From: Candidatus Zambryskiibacteriota bacterium | GTDB lineage: Bacteria; Patescibacteriota; Minisyncoccia; Phycocordibacterales; WO2-35-19 | NCBI GenBank assembly: GCA_963840745.1 | Contig: CAWJAC010000004.1 | Coordinates: 4,027 to 68,026 of the forward strand | Reading direction: 5' to 3' | Length of the DNA: 64,000 nt | Part shown: positions 53,046 through 60,899 of the stretch, one piece after another | How the letters are laid out: each line of letters starts with the position of its first letter | Numbering within the stretch: position 1 is the stretch's first letter | Notes under the pieces: generated by a model | Told to the model about the DNA's origin: nothing | Seen by the model: the letters and a program-made list of their open reading frames with translations, nothing else | The model's database searches: none | Program-made: the position numbers and the translations under genes

Positions 53046-53127
53046 CGTAACGGTAGCCGCACTACCTTGAGGTGGTAGCGCCCATTGGGCGTGGAGGTTC
53101 AACTCCTCTCCCGCGCACAAGAGAAAA
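53046..53127 (+). tRNA. tRNA-Leu (anticodon GAG), long variable arm, CCA not encoded
   Basis: GCGCGGG...CUACC-UUGAGGU-GGUAG-[CGCCCAUUGGGCGU]-GGAGG-UUCAACU-CCUCU-CCCGCGC-A. Confidence 0.9.
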
Positions 53128-53156
53128 ATATTATTTTTATGCTATAATTGCCTATT

Positions 53157-53396
53157 ATGAAGGTCGGAAAAGTAACACATTATTATAATAAAGCAGGAGT
53201 TGCCATCGTGGAACTTAGCGGTGCGCTCAAGGTTGGCGATATGCTCAAATTCCAAGGGCATGGAGCAGATTTTGAACAGCCAGCAGATTCAATTCAAGTA
53301 AACCACGAGCAGGTTAAAAGTGCCGGCAAGGGAGACATTGTCGGTCTTAAGGTTCTAAAGGAAGTCAAAGAAGGCACCGAGGTTCTAAAGGTTTAA
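53157..53396 (+). CDS. small beta-barrel protein resembling EF-Tu domain II (translation-factor-like)
   Basis: MKVGKVTHYYNKAGVAIVELSGALKVGDMLKF...KGDIVGLKV pattern. Assigned from memory of similar ~80-aa proteins and not verified. Confidence 0.5.
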   Translation: MKVGKVTHYYNKAGVAIVELSGALKVGDMLKFQGHGADFEQPADSIQVNHEQVKSAGKGDIVGLKVLKEVKEGTEVLKV

Positions 53397-53497
53397 CCGA
53401 CACTCCCAAGTTTTTTATAAAAGATATTTTCTCTAGTTTTTTGGGTGTGGAAAAATTCTGTTTTTTATGCCACAATATTTTTGTCGGTTTCAGTAAT

Positions 53498-53572
53498 GGT
53501 GACTATAGTGTAGCGGTAACACGACAGCTTGTGGAGCTGTTTTCGCCGGTTCGAATCCGGCTAGTCACCCCA
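53498..53572 (+). tRNA. tRNA-His (anticodon GUG) with encoded G-1 and CCA
   Basis: G(-1)-GUGACUA-UA-GUGU-AGCGGUA-ACAC-G-ACAGC-UUGUGGA-GCUGU-UUUC-GCCGG-UUCGAAU-CCGGC-UAGUCAC-C-CCA. Confidence 0.9.
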
Positions 53573-53583
53573 AGGTATTTCTC

Positions 53584-53826
53584 GTGGTAACAAATGCCGC
53601 CATAGGCGGGGTCATCTTACTAAAGCCTATGATAAGGAATTATTTAAACATATTTAAAACCATAGTTTTTTCTATTCTAGGCTTCTTTCTAGCGGTTGTT
53701 TTTAGTGTTTACTTTTTTAATCTGACTAAAACTCTATCATACCGTATGGTAGTGGTATTCCTTGCCCTTATCTTTATTTCTAACCTGACAGCCAAACTTT
53801 TGGTATCTTTTTTTGAAAATAATTAA
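53584..53826 (+). CDS. small 2-TM membrane protein upstream of the GT2 synthase
   Basis: 80-aa ORF (GTG start; an alternative ATG gives MIRNYL...). Two hydrophobic helices. Ends 5 nt before the GT2 gene. Confidence 0.55.
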   Translation: MVTNAAIGGVILLKPMIRNYLNIFKTIVFSILGFFLAVVFSVYFFNLTKTLSYRMVVVFLALIFISNLTAKLLVSFFENN

Positions 53827-53831
53827 TAATT

Positions 53832-55214
53832 ATGTTTAAAAAACTTCCGATATACACATTGCTCTATCTCTTGACTGCATGGATCATCCTTTCGGTGTTT
53901 TTTTTAATGCCGACAGAGAGAAATAATTTTCCCATTCTTCGTTTTATCATTATCGTTTTTGCAACTGTTCTCTTGACTAAATATTTTGTTTATATGTTTA
54001 TAAGTCCCTGGCATGATGTTTATGTGGCTTTTAAAAAGTATAAACAAAATGGATTAATAGCTACAAATAAGTACGAGCCAAAAGTATCAGTACTGGTTCC
54101 GGCTTGGAATGAAGAAGAAGGCATTATCACTACGGCAGAGGCCTTGCTTAAAAGTTCCTATAAAAATATGGAAATAATTATTATAGATAACGCTTCGACT
54201 GATAATACCGAAATAAACGTAAAAAATCTGATAAGAAAATACAAAAACTCACTGGATCATCATGGTCTATCCCATATAGATATTATTTATCTGAGAGAAG
54301 ATAAACAGGGCAAAGGTCATGCACTAAATAAAGGAATTGCTATAGCAAAAGGGGATATCATCATTTCGATTGACGCAGATTGTTACATTCCTCCTTACAC
54401 GATAGAAAATTTTGTAAGCTATTTTAAAGATTCAAAAGTTTCAGCGGCTGTTGGCAATGTAAAAATCGGCAATACTCAAAATATTATTGGAGTTGTTCAG
54501 AATCTCGAATTTTTGTTCTCTTTTTATTTCAAAAAAAGTGATTCGCTGCTCGGTTCTATTTATATAATAGGAGGCGCAGCCGGGGCTTTTCGCAAAGAAA
54601 TTTTTCAAAAACTGGGAGGTTATAGCACCTCCAATATTACAGAGGACATTGATCTCTCTGTTCGAATACAACATTCAGGCATGAAAATAGTTTATGCTCC
54701 AGATGCGGTAGTTTATACCGAAGGAGCCGCTGATTTCAACGGACTGATCAAACAACGTCTGCGATGGAAGCGTGGCCGTTTTCAAACTTTTTTAGAATAC
54801 CGTCACTTATTTTTTAGCACCGAGAAGAGACACAATAAAATTCTTTCTTGGATCATCCTGCCGCTGGCAATTTTTGGCGACGTGCAGCTTTCCTTTGAAT
54901 TATTTTTTATTGCGTTCCTTTATATTTATTCATATTTGATCAATGACTATTCGTCATTTATTTCCGGTATTATTGTGGTCAGCTCTATGTTTGCTGTTCA
55001 AATCCTTTTTGACAGGTATGGCAAAAAGTGGGGACGTCTTATATTGCTAGCTCCCATAGGATGGCTTCTTTTATATGCCAGCACTTTTGTCGAATTTAGC
55101 GCCCTACTGAAAACTTTTTTGGGATATGCGCGGGGAGAAAAGATTGGCTGGCAAAGTTGGAATCGAAAAGGTGTTTTTGTGAAGCAACAAAACATCGAGA
55201 AGAATCTTTTATAA
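53832..55214 (+). CDS. processive family-2 glycosyltransferase (PgaC/IcaA/NodC/chitin-synthase-like)
   Basis: N- and C-terminal TM helices. GT2 motifs VSVLVPAWNEE, IDNASTD, SIDAD, GGAGAFRKE and QRLRWKRG (the Q-x-x-R-W motif of processive beta-glycan synthases). Confidence 0.85.
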   Translation: MFKKLPIYTLLYLLTAWIILSVFFLMPTERNNFPILRFIIIVFATVLLTKYFVYMFISPWHDVYVAFKKYKQNGLIATNKYEPKVSVLVPAWNEEEGIITTAEALLKSSYKNMEIIIIDNASTDNTEINVKNLIRKYKNSLDHHGLSHIDIIYLREDKQGKGHALNKGIAIAKGDIIISIDADCYIPPYTIENFVSYFKDSKVSAAVGNVKIGNTQNIIGVVQNLEFLFSFYFKKSDSLLGSIYIIGGAAGAFRKEIFQKLGGYSTSNITEDIDLSVRIQHSGMKIVYAPDAVVYTEGAADFNGLIKQRLRWKRGRFQTFLEYRHLFFSTEKRHNKILSWIILPLAIFGDVQLSFELFFIAFLYIYSYLINDYSSFISGIIVVSSMFAVQILFDRYGKKWGRLILLAPIGWLLLYASTFVEFSALLKTFLGYARGEKIGWQSWNRKGVFVKQQNIEKNLL

Positions 55215-55242
55215 GAATATTATTTCATAATATAATATAAGT

Positions 55243-56340
55243 ATGCAGAAACGGTCACTACTTGTCTTTTTAGTTTGTTTTGCAATCGTCATTTTAGCCG
55301 GAGTTATTTTATATAATGTTTTTTCTACATCTACCAACATTTTAAAACCAACATCAACACCAAAATCAGATCCGATTCCAGAGACAAAAGCAACAACAAC
55401 CAATAAGAGCGGATTAGAAATCCAGGCTTGGATTTATCCGGGAGAGCCGACTTGCAACGCTCCGTTGGAATACTCCGACGGCAGGAAAATTGATATTTTA
55501 AAGCCGGAATATTTCACGGTAAGTGATGGCGGCAAGATGCTGTTTCTAACGGAACAACAGAGCGGCTGCAACGGATATTCTGTCAAAAATGTCGCTGATT
55601 TAAAAAAATATTCAAAGGAGCAGTATGTTACCTTCTCATCAAATTATGCAGTAAACATGGACTCATTTTTGACTGCAGCTATAAATGATCAAACCGATAT
55701 TAATACATTGGTTTCGTTTGCGGTTGATAATAAGATGACCGGAGTTGAAATAGATTTCGAAGATTTTGGCGGCTGGAATGCCGATATGTATTCAAAATAT
55801 AAACAGTTTATTTCAGATCTTGGAGACGCTTTGCATAAAGACAATAAAAAATTGATGATTGACGGTCCGGCCACTTCAAACCAGACAGAAGAAAATTGGT
55901 ATGTCTGGCGATATACCGATTTTAATTCATTGCCGATAGATCACATGGTGGTTATGACTTACGACAATCAGTTTGATACAGGAGTCGGGCAGCCGATCTC
56001 TCCGACATCCTGGATAGAAAATACCATTAAATGGACTCTTGGCAGATTTCCTGACAAATCAAAACTTTCTTTCGGCATACCTTCATATGGATATAAAGGT
56101 ATTGCCGGAACTCAAAAATTCACGCTTCTAACCTACGACCAAATAAGCAAAGAGCCCGAATTTGATACAGCCATCCGCGACCCCAATTCTTATGAGATGA
56201 CCTGGCAAAACGGCAATAACGTTTATTTTTATCAGGACAGTCAGAGTATGTCTGACAAACTTAAAGTCATACAAAGTGCCGGTATCAATTCCGTTTCCGT
56301 CTGGCACCTCGGCGGCAATTTGTGGTTCGCTAAAAATTGA
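55243..56340 (+). CDS. GH18-like (chitinase-fold) secreted/anchored protein
   Basis: N-terminal TM/signal. TGVEIDFEDF corresponds to the GH18 DGxDxDxE strand, keeping the D-x-E. MVVMTYD and SVWHLGG are typical of the fold. Confidence 0.7.
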   Translation: MQKRSLLVFLVCFAIVILAGVILYNVFSTSTNILKPTSTPKSDPIPETKATTTNKSGLEIQAWIYPGEPTCNAPLEYSDGRKIDILKPEYFTVSDGGKMLFLTEQQSGCNGYSVKNVADLKKYSKEQYVTFSSNYAVNMDSFLTAAINDQTDINTLVSFAVDNKMTGVEIDFEDFGGWNADMYSKYKQFISDLGDALHKDNKKLMIDGPATSNQTEENWYVWRYTDFNSLPIDHMVVMTYDNQFDTGVGQPISPTSWIENTIKWTLGRFPDKSKLSFGIPSYGYKGIAGTQKFTLLTYDQISKEPEFDTAIRDPNSYEMTWQNGNNVYFYQDSQSMSDKLKVIQSAGINSVSVWHLGGNLWFAKN

Positions 56341-56595
56341 TTTTTTTGAAATTTTCGTTGACTAAAAAATATTTTGTTGTGGGTTTTAAATCATCATTAC
56401 AACACGAATGATTTCGTGCCTATTTTTGAACATATTTTTGCTTCTCAAAAACGGTTACAAATTAGACAACCGAATATTTTTTTTGTAACTAGTCATGCTA
56501 CTTATCATACTGTTAAAATTCTGCCATTAACAGATGATTAGTTTAAATTATAATCTTGATATCAATAAAGATATTCGAGTACAAAACATAAAAAT

Positions 56596-58056
56596 ATGAG
56601 TTATAAAAACGAAACTCCTACTGTTCGTGCAGGAGTATTTTTTGTGTCTGTTTTATTATTAGTTGGCATGCTGGGAGCGGGTGTTATGCCTTCTTTGGCT
56701 TTAGCCCGTGGCGGTTCTTATATAAGACCGAGTGTAAAATCAGGAGGATGCACGTTAAAGTTATCAGTCATTCCGGCAAGTAAAACAATTACATCCGGAG
56801 GAGAAATAAATTACAATTTGGTTGCCACTAATGTCGGAAATGGGAATTGTAATATGACGGAGCTTACTGAATATTATCCAAGCAATGAAAAATATGTCAG
56901 TTCCAGCATACAACCAAATGCGCCAAGTTTTTATTGGCTAATTGGTACTCTTCCTGCAGGACAATCTTATTCATTGTCATTAACTACCAAAAATGTGCCG
57001 GATAAAACCTCTCAAGTATTAAACACTGTATGTGTTTCGTACAATGGTGCAAGTGATGTCTGTGTTGATACTAAAATATCAATTTTTTCTTCATCTACTC
57101 CTACTACAACTCCGGCGCCAACGCCGACTTCCACTCTGGTCCCTACGCAGACGGGAGCTGCGACAGAGGCGTGGATTTATCCGGGCAGCCCAGCTTGCAA
57201 TGCTGCTAATGAATATTCCGATGGCAGGGTAGTGGACACGTTAAAACCTGAATATTATCAAGTTCAAAGTAATGGAACATTGCGTCAGATGACAGTTTCT
57301 TCGGACGGATGCAACGGATATAGCGTCAGCAATGTTGCCGATGTAAAAGCGCATTCAGCACATCAGTACGCTACAATCTCGGGGGACATAAGTGGCATTA
57401 GCGCCCTGCTTGCATCCGCGCCACTTCAAAATTCGGCAATTACGACACTGACAAACTTCGCTGTTTCAAGCGGATTTACGGGAATAGAACTTGACTGGGA
57501 GCAATTTGACAGTTGGTCGGCAACAGATTATTTAAATTTCAAGAAATTCACTACTTCTCTGGAAAATAGTCTAAGCGCTCAAGGCAAAAAACTTATGATT
57601 GATGCACCGGCCTTAACAACTGCCGGCTTTCAATTCAAGTATGAAGATTTTGCCAATCTGGATTACGTAGCAATAATGGTTTACGACTATCAATATGATT
57701 ATGGTGTCGGACAGCCGGTTGCGCCTGAATCTTGGATAACAAATGTGACAAAATATGCAGAATCTAAATTGCCAGTGGAAAAAATAGTTATTGGAATTCC
57801 TGCCTATGGATATCATGGAACATTGGGAAGTTACAGTATGATCATCGATACATACGCACAGTCATCAACTTACCCCGGTTTTTCAACAAGAAAAGTTAGT
57901 TCGGAAGGAGAAGAAGTGTGGACAGTCGGAAACACCTATTATTCCGCACAACCGGCATCAAACTTAGATCGTAAAAAAGCTTTGCTCGAATCGTTGGGTA
58001 TAAAAAATATCTCTGTTTGGCACTTGGGAGGCAACAACTGGTTTAGCGAAGATTAG
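56596..58056 (+). CDS. GH18-like protein with an N-terminal Ig-like (DUF11/CARDB-like) domain and Thr/Pro linker
   Basis: Signal/TM, then LVATNVGNGNC-type beta-sandwich and a TPTTTPAPTPTST linker. The C-terminal domain is paralogous to 55243-56340 (EAWIYPG.P.CNA..EYSDGR, TGIELDWEQF, SVWHLGG). Confidence 0.7.
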   Translation: MSYKNETPTVRAGVFFVSVLLLVGMLGAGVMPSLALARGGSYIRPSVKSGGCTLKLSVIPASKTITSGGEINYNLVATNVGNGNCNMTELTEYYPSNEKYVSSSIQPNAPSFYWLIGTLPAGQSYSLSLTTKNVPDKTSQVLNTVCVSYNGASDVCVDTKISIFSSSTPTTTPAPTPTSTLVPTQTGAATEAWIYPGSPACNAANEYSDGRVVDTLKPEYYQVQSNGTLRQMTVSSDGCNGYSVSNVADVKAHSAHQYATISGDISGISALLASAPLQNSAITTLTNFAVSSGFTGIELDWEQFDSWSATDYLNFKKFTTSLENSLSAQGKKLMIDAPALTTAGFQFKYEDFANLDYVAIMVYDYQYDYGVGQPVAPESWITNVTKYAESKLPVEKIVIGIPAYGYHGTLGSYSMIIDTYAQSSTYPGFSTRKVSSEGEEVWTVGNTYYSAQPASNLDRKKALLESLGIKNISVWHLGGNNWFSED

Positions 58057-58090
58057 CTTTTTATTTTGGTTATAGTATAATCGTCGTACC

Positions 58091-58576
58091 ATGAAAAAAG
58101 CACCAATTCCAAAAAATGAAAAAAAGAGAATTGAAGCTGTTCATAGAATGGCCATCTTAGATACGAAACCGGAAAGGCGGTTTGATCGTTTAACCAAAGA
58201 AGCGGTTAAGAAGTTAAAAGTTCCAATATCAACACTTTCCATCTTGGATTCAAAGAGGGAATGGTTTAAATCTTGCCAGGGTTTGAAAGAAAAGGAAGGT
58301 GAGCGAGCCATCTCGTTTTGCGGCCATACTCTGCTTGCCAGAAATATTTTCTTTGTGGAAGATACTTTGAAAGATCCGCGCTTTGCCGATAATCCGATGG
58401 TTATTGGTTCTCCTTTTATCAGGTTTTATGGAGGCATAGCTTTGGTTGATTACAAAAGCGGCCAATATGTAGGAGTCTTTTGCATCAAAGACATTAAACC
58501 AAGGACTCTTAATGCCAAGGAAGTAGATATATTTATAGATCTGGCTGAACAAACCGAAAAAGAGCTTAATAAATAA
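58091..58576 (+). CDS. stand-alone GAF domain protein
   Basis: EKKRIEAVHRMAILDTKPERRFDRLT...SFCGHTLL...FFVEDTLKDPRFADNP...FYGGIAL pattern, typical of GAF sensor domains. Confidence 0.75.
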   Translation: MKKAPIPKNEKKRIEAVHRMAILDTKPERRFDRLTKEAVKKLKVPISTLSILDSKREWFKSCQGLKEKEGERAISFCGHTLLARNIFFVEDTLKDPRFADNPMVIGSPFIRFYGGIALVDYKSGQYVGVFCIKDIKPRTLNAKEVDIFIDLAEQTEKELNK

Positions 58577-58700
58577 TTATTGGATTACTCCAAAAGTAAT
58601 TTGTAAATCGTAGACATATTGTAACAAATGTGTGGTGTTCTTTGTCATATTTAGGGCATGAAATATATGCATATTTTTAGCCAAATAATATATAAATAAA

Positions 58701-59066
58701 ATGAAAAAATTAGTTTTTATTGCGTTTTTGACGTTTGTTTCGTTTGTTTTCATACCCGGAACATCGGTTTATGCCGCCTCGAGACACGGGGCATCCGGGT
58801 TCCATCATAGGAGGAGTAACGGATTGCCTCCTCCTTCAGACTCAACTTCAACTCCACCGGTAACGCCTCCTGATCCGGTTCCTCCTGTCCCTCCGGTGAC
58901 ACCTCCTCCTTCGCCCGTGACTTCAAACTTAATATTAAACCCATCAGTTGAAAGCCAAACAGGAGGCATACCGGATAATTGGTTTACTGATGTGGAGGGA
59001 ACTACGGTTGCATCGTTTTCATTGGTGCGGGGCATACTGGCAATAGCGCAGTGCAAACTACAGTGA
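58701..59066 (+). CDS. secreted CBM + polysaccharide deacetylase (CE4), N-terminal part (frame changes at G-run 59029-59032)
   Basis: Signal peptide, Pro-rich linker, then the start of a CBM4/9-like module (NLILNPSVESQ...NWF). The ORF ends in nonsense after ...SLVRG. Confidence 0.75.
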   Translation: MKKLVFIAFLTFVSFVFIPGTSVYAASRHGASGFHHRRSNGLPPPSDSTSTPPVTPPDPVPPVPPVTPPPSPVTSNLILNPSVESQTGGIPDNWFTDVEGTTVASFSLVRGILAIAQCKLQ

Positions 59067-60040
59067 CAGTAGCTGATCCAACCGGTGGTGATGCAAAATG
59101 GATTTGGGCGCCGGTAGCAGTTGATGCGAACGCTGACTACACATTTTCAGAATATTACATGTCGGACCAAAAAAGCGTGTTGATTGTGGAGTTCAACATG
59201 GCTGATGGCACAAGACAGTTTACAAATCTGGCTGTATTGTCGCCGGCATCAACTTGGACTGAAGTTTCAAAAGAATTCAATGTTCGCCCGGGAACTGTTT
59301 CTGTGACGGTTATGCATGTCTTGCGGAACGTGGGAACTCTGACCATTGATGATGTCTCTCTTAATAAATTGTCGGATGGGACATTCTCGGAAGGATTGGT
59401 GACTCTTTCATATGACGATGGATATGCATCTTTCTTCAATAACGTTTTACCTCTCCTTCAGTCGCACAACTTTGTGGCGAGCGAAAATGTGGTGAATGAC
59501 TTCTTGAATCAAACTGATTATATGACCACAAGCCAAGCGCTTCAAGTAAATAAAGACGGGATTGATATAGGTTCTGAATCTCTCACACATCCGTTCCTGA
59601 CAAGCCTATCGGATACCCAAGCTCTGGGTGAAATACAAAACTCACGAAATGCCTATCTCTCTTCCGGTCTCACTCCAGTTTCTGTGTTCACATATCCGTA
59701 CGGAGATTATAACGACAATGTAGAAAATATGGTCAAAAACAGCGGATATATAGCTGCGCGCGGAACCGATCTCGGGTATAACACAAGGAATAGCAACCCT
59801 TATGAACTGAGAACGGAAAATGTGGAAACTCCCACAACCTTTGCCGAAGTCAAACAGTGGATTGACACCGCTATACAAAACAAAACATGGCTCATACTCG
59901 GACTTCACGATGTCGGTACTTCCAATAATGACGGATATGAAATATCTACCGCTCTTATGCAGCAAATTCTCGATTATTTGGCTCAAACCAAAGCGCGCGT
60001 TGTCACGACAGACTATGTTATGAACAATCTGATGCATTGA
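59051..60040 (+). CDS. CBM + polysaccharide deacetylase (CE4 / NodB-homology), C-terminal part
   Basis: This frame reads back to ...GHTGNSAVQTTVTV (open from 58991). NodB motifs LSYDDGY, ESLTHP, YPYGDYN. Confidence 0.8.
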   Translation: MQTTVTVADPTGGDAKWIWAPVAVDANADYTFSEYYMSDQKSVLIVEFNMADGTRQFTNLAVLSPASTWTEVSKEFNVRPGTVSVTVMHVLRNVGTLTIDDVSLNKLSDGTFSEGLVTLSYDDGYASFFNNVLPLLQSHNFVASENVVNDFLNQTDYMTTSQALQVNKDGIDIGSESLTHPFLTSLSDTQALGEIQNSRNAYLSSGLTPVSVFTYPYGDYNDNVENMVKNSGYIAARGTDLGYNTRNSNPYELRTENVETPTTFAEVKQWIDTAIQNKTWLILGLHDVGTSNNDGYEISTALMQQILDYLAQTKARVVTTDYVMNNLMH

Positions 60041-60096
60041 TTTCATTAGTGGCTTGACACGTCTGGTATAATGAAAGAGGAGAAAGGAGTTTTTTA

Positions 60097-60150
60097 ATGC
60101 GTAAACATTGGATGTTGCGCGAAGTGGCTTACTGCAAAGAGGGTTGCTGA
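60097..60150 (+). CDS. candidate 17-aa peptide gene (MRKHWMLREVAYCKEGC)
   Basis: Extended -10 (TGgTATAAT at 60064-60072), strong SD AAAGAGGAGAAAGGAG, and ATG 7 nt after GGAG. A strong terminator begins 6 nt after the stop. Coding status unproven. Confidence 0.3.
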   Translation: MRKHWMLREVAYCKEGC

Positions 60151-60155
60151 CGCAG

Positions 60156-60196
60156 GCGCCGGGGAGAAACTTTCCCCGGCGCTTTTGGTTTTTTGC
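60156..60196 (+). terminator. strong intrinsic terminator
   Basis: gcgccggggaga-aac-tttccccggcgc followed by ttttggtttttt. Confidence 0.8.
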
Positions 60197-60273
60197 AATC
60201 CACACAAAAAGGATGCGGAGGATTTATTTTAATTGTAGAATATGAGTAATTATTACTTTTAATTTTCAACAGG

Positions 60274-60540
60274 ATGGAACCAACAAATACAGATTACAAG
60301 CAAATGCTCACCGAGATAATCAAAAAGCAGATTGTTATTTTGGGGCCGCAAATCGCAGTACTTAAAGCCAGGGGTGTGCCCGGGCTGAAAAGTGTCAGAT
60401 GAAGGCGAGGTTATCGATGTTTCCGGACCGGAGCAAGTCGTGCTGCAAAAATTAATAGACGAATACGTGGCTCTTTCGGGAGAGATTGTTAAAAATGCGG
60501 TTAATTCCATTTTTGAAAAATATCCTTCAATTCAACATTA
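60274..60540 (+). CDS. hypothetical small protein (88 aa if restored) interrupted by frame changes at A-run 60388-60391 and G-run 60478-60481
   Basis: Frame 1: MEPTNTDYKQMLTEIIKKQIVILGPQIAVLKARGVPGLK. Frame 2: VSDEGEVIDVSGPEQVVLQKLIDEYVALSG. Frame 1 again: EIVKNAVNSIFEKYPSIQH*. The antisense ORF 60259-60510 looks like a shadow. Confidence 0.45.
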
Positions 60541-60560
60541 ATTTAATAAAGAAATAAATT

Positions 60561-60899
60561 ATGAATAATTTTAATATACAAATTCCCAATGACAGTTTCG
60601 CTTATGCCTCGGTATTTGCCGGCAATTTTTCATTGCTTCTCTCTATTGTAATAGGCATTATAGCGACTTTTATTGTTTTTAGAGCGGCAAAAAAGATGGG
60701 GGGCGGACTCTTCGGATCAGTCCTCAATTATATCGGTATCGGCATGTCTCTAATTGTGTTGGGAACTATAGCTACAATCGTTGATCCGTGGTACACAGGC
60801 CTTGGTTTTAACATCGTAAGTACTGTCTGCTTTGCTCTTGGTTATATATTTACGGTTATTGGCGCCAACAAACTTCTTAAAGGCATAATGAACACTTAA
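60561..60899 (+). CDS. hypothetical 3-TM membrane protein
   Basis: 112-aa hydrophobic ORF whose stop abuts the kinase gene start (TAAATG). Confidence 0.65.
   Translation: MNNFNIQIPNDSFAYASVFAGNFSLLLSIVIGIIATFIVFRAAKKMGGGLFGSVLNYIGIGMSLIVLGTIATIVDPWYTGLGFNIVSTVCFALGYIFTVIGANKLLKGIMNT

Noticed and set aside
60259-60510. 83-aa minus-strand ORF from the ORF track.
   Set aside because: The translation looks like antisense noise (…CSTTCSGPETSITSPSSDTFQPGHTPGFKYCDLRPQ…). The plus strand encodes a natural-looking protein once two homopolymer frame changes are allowed, and it fits the downstream co-directional operon.
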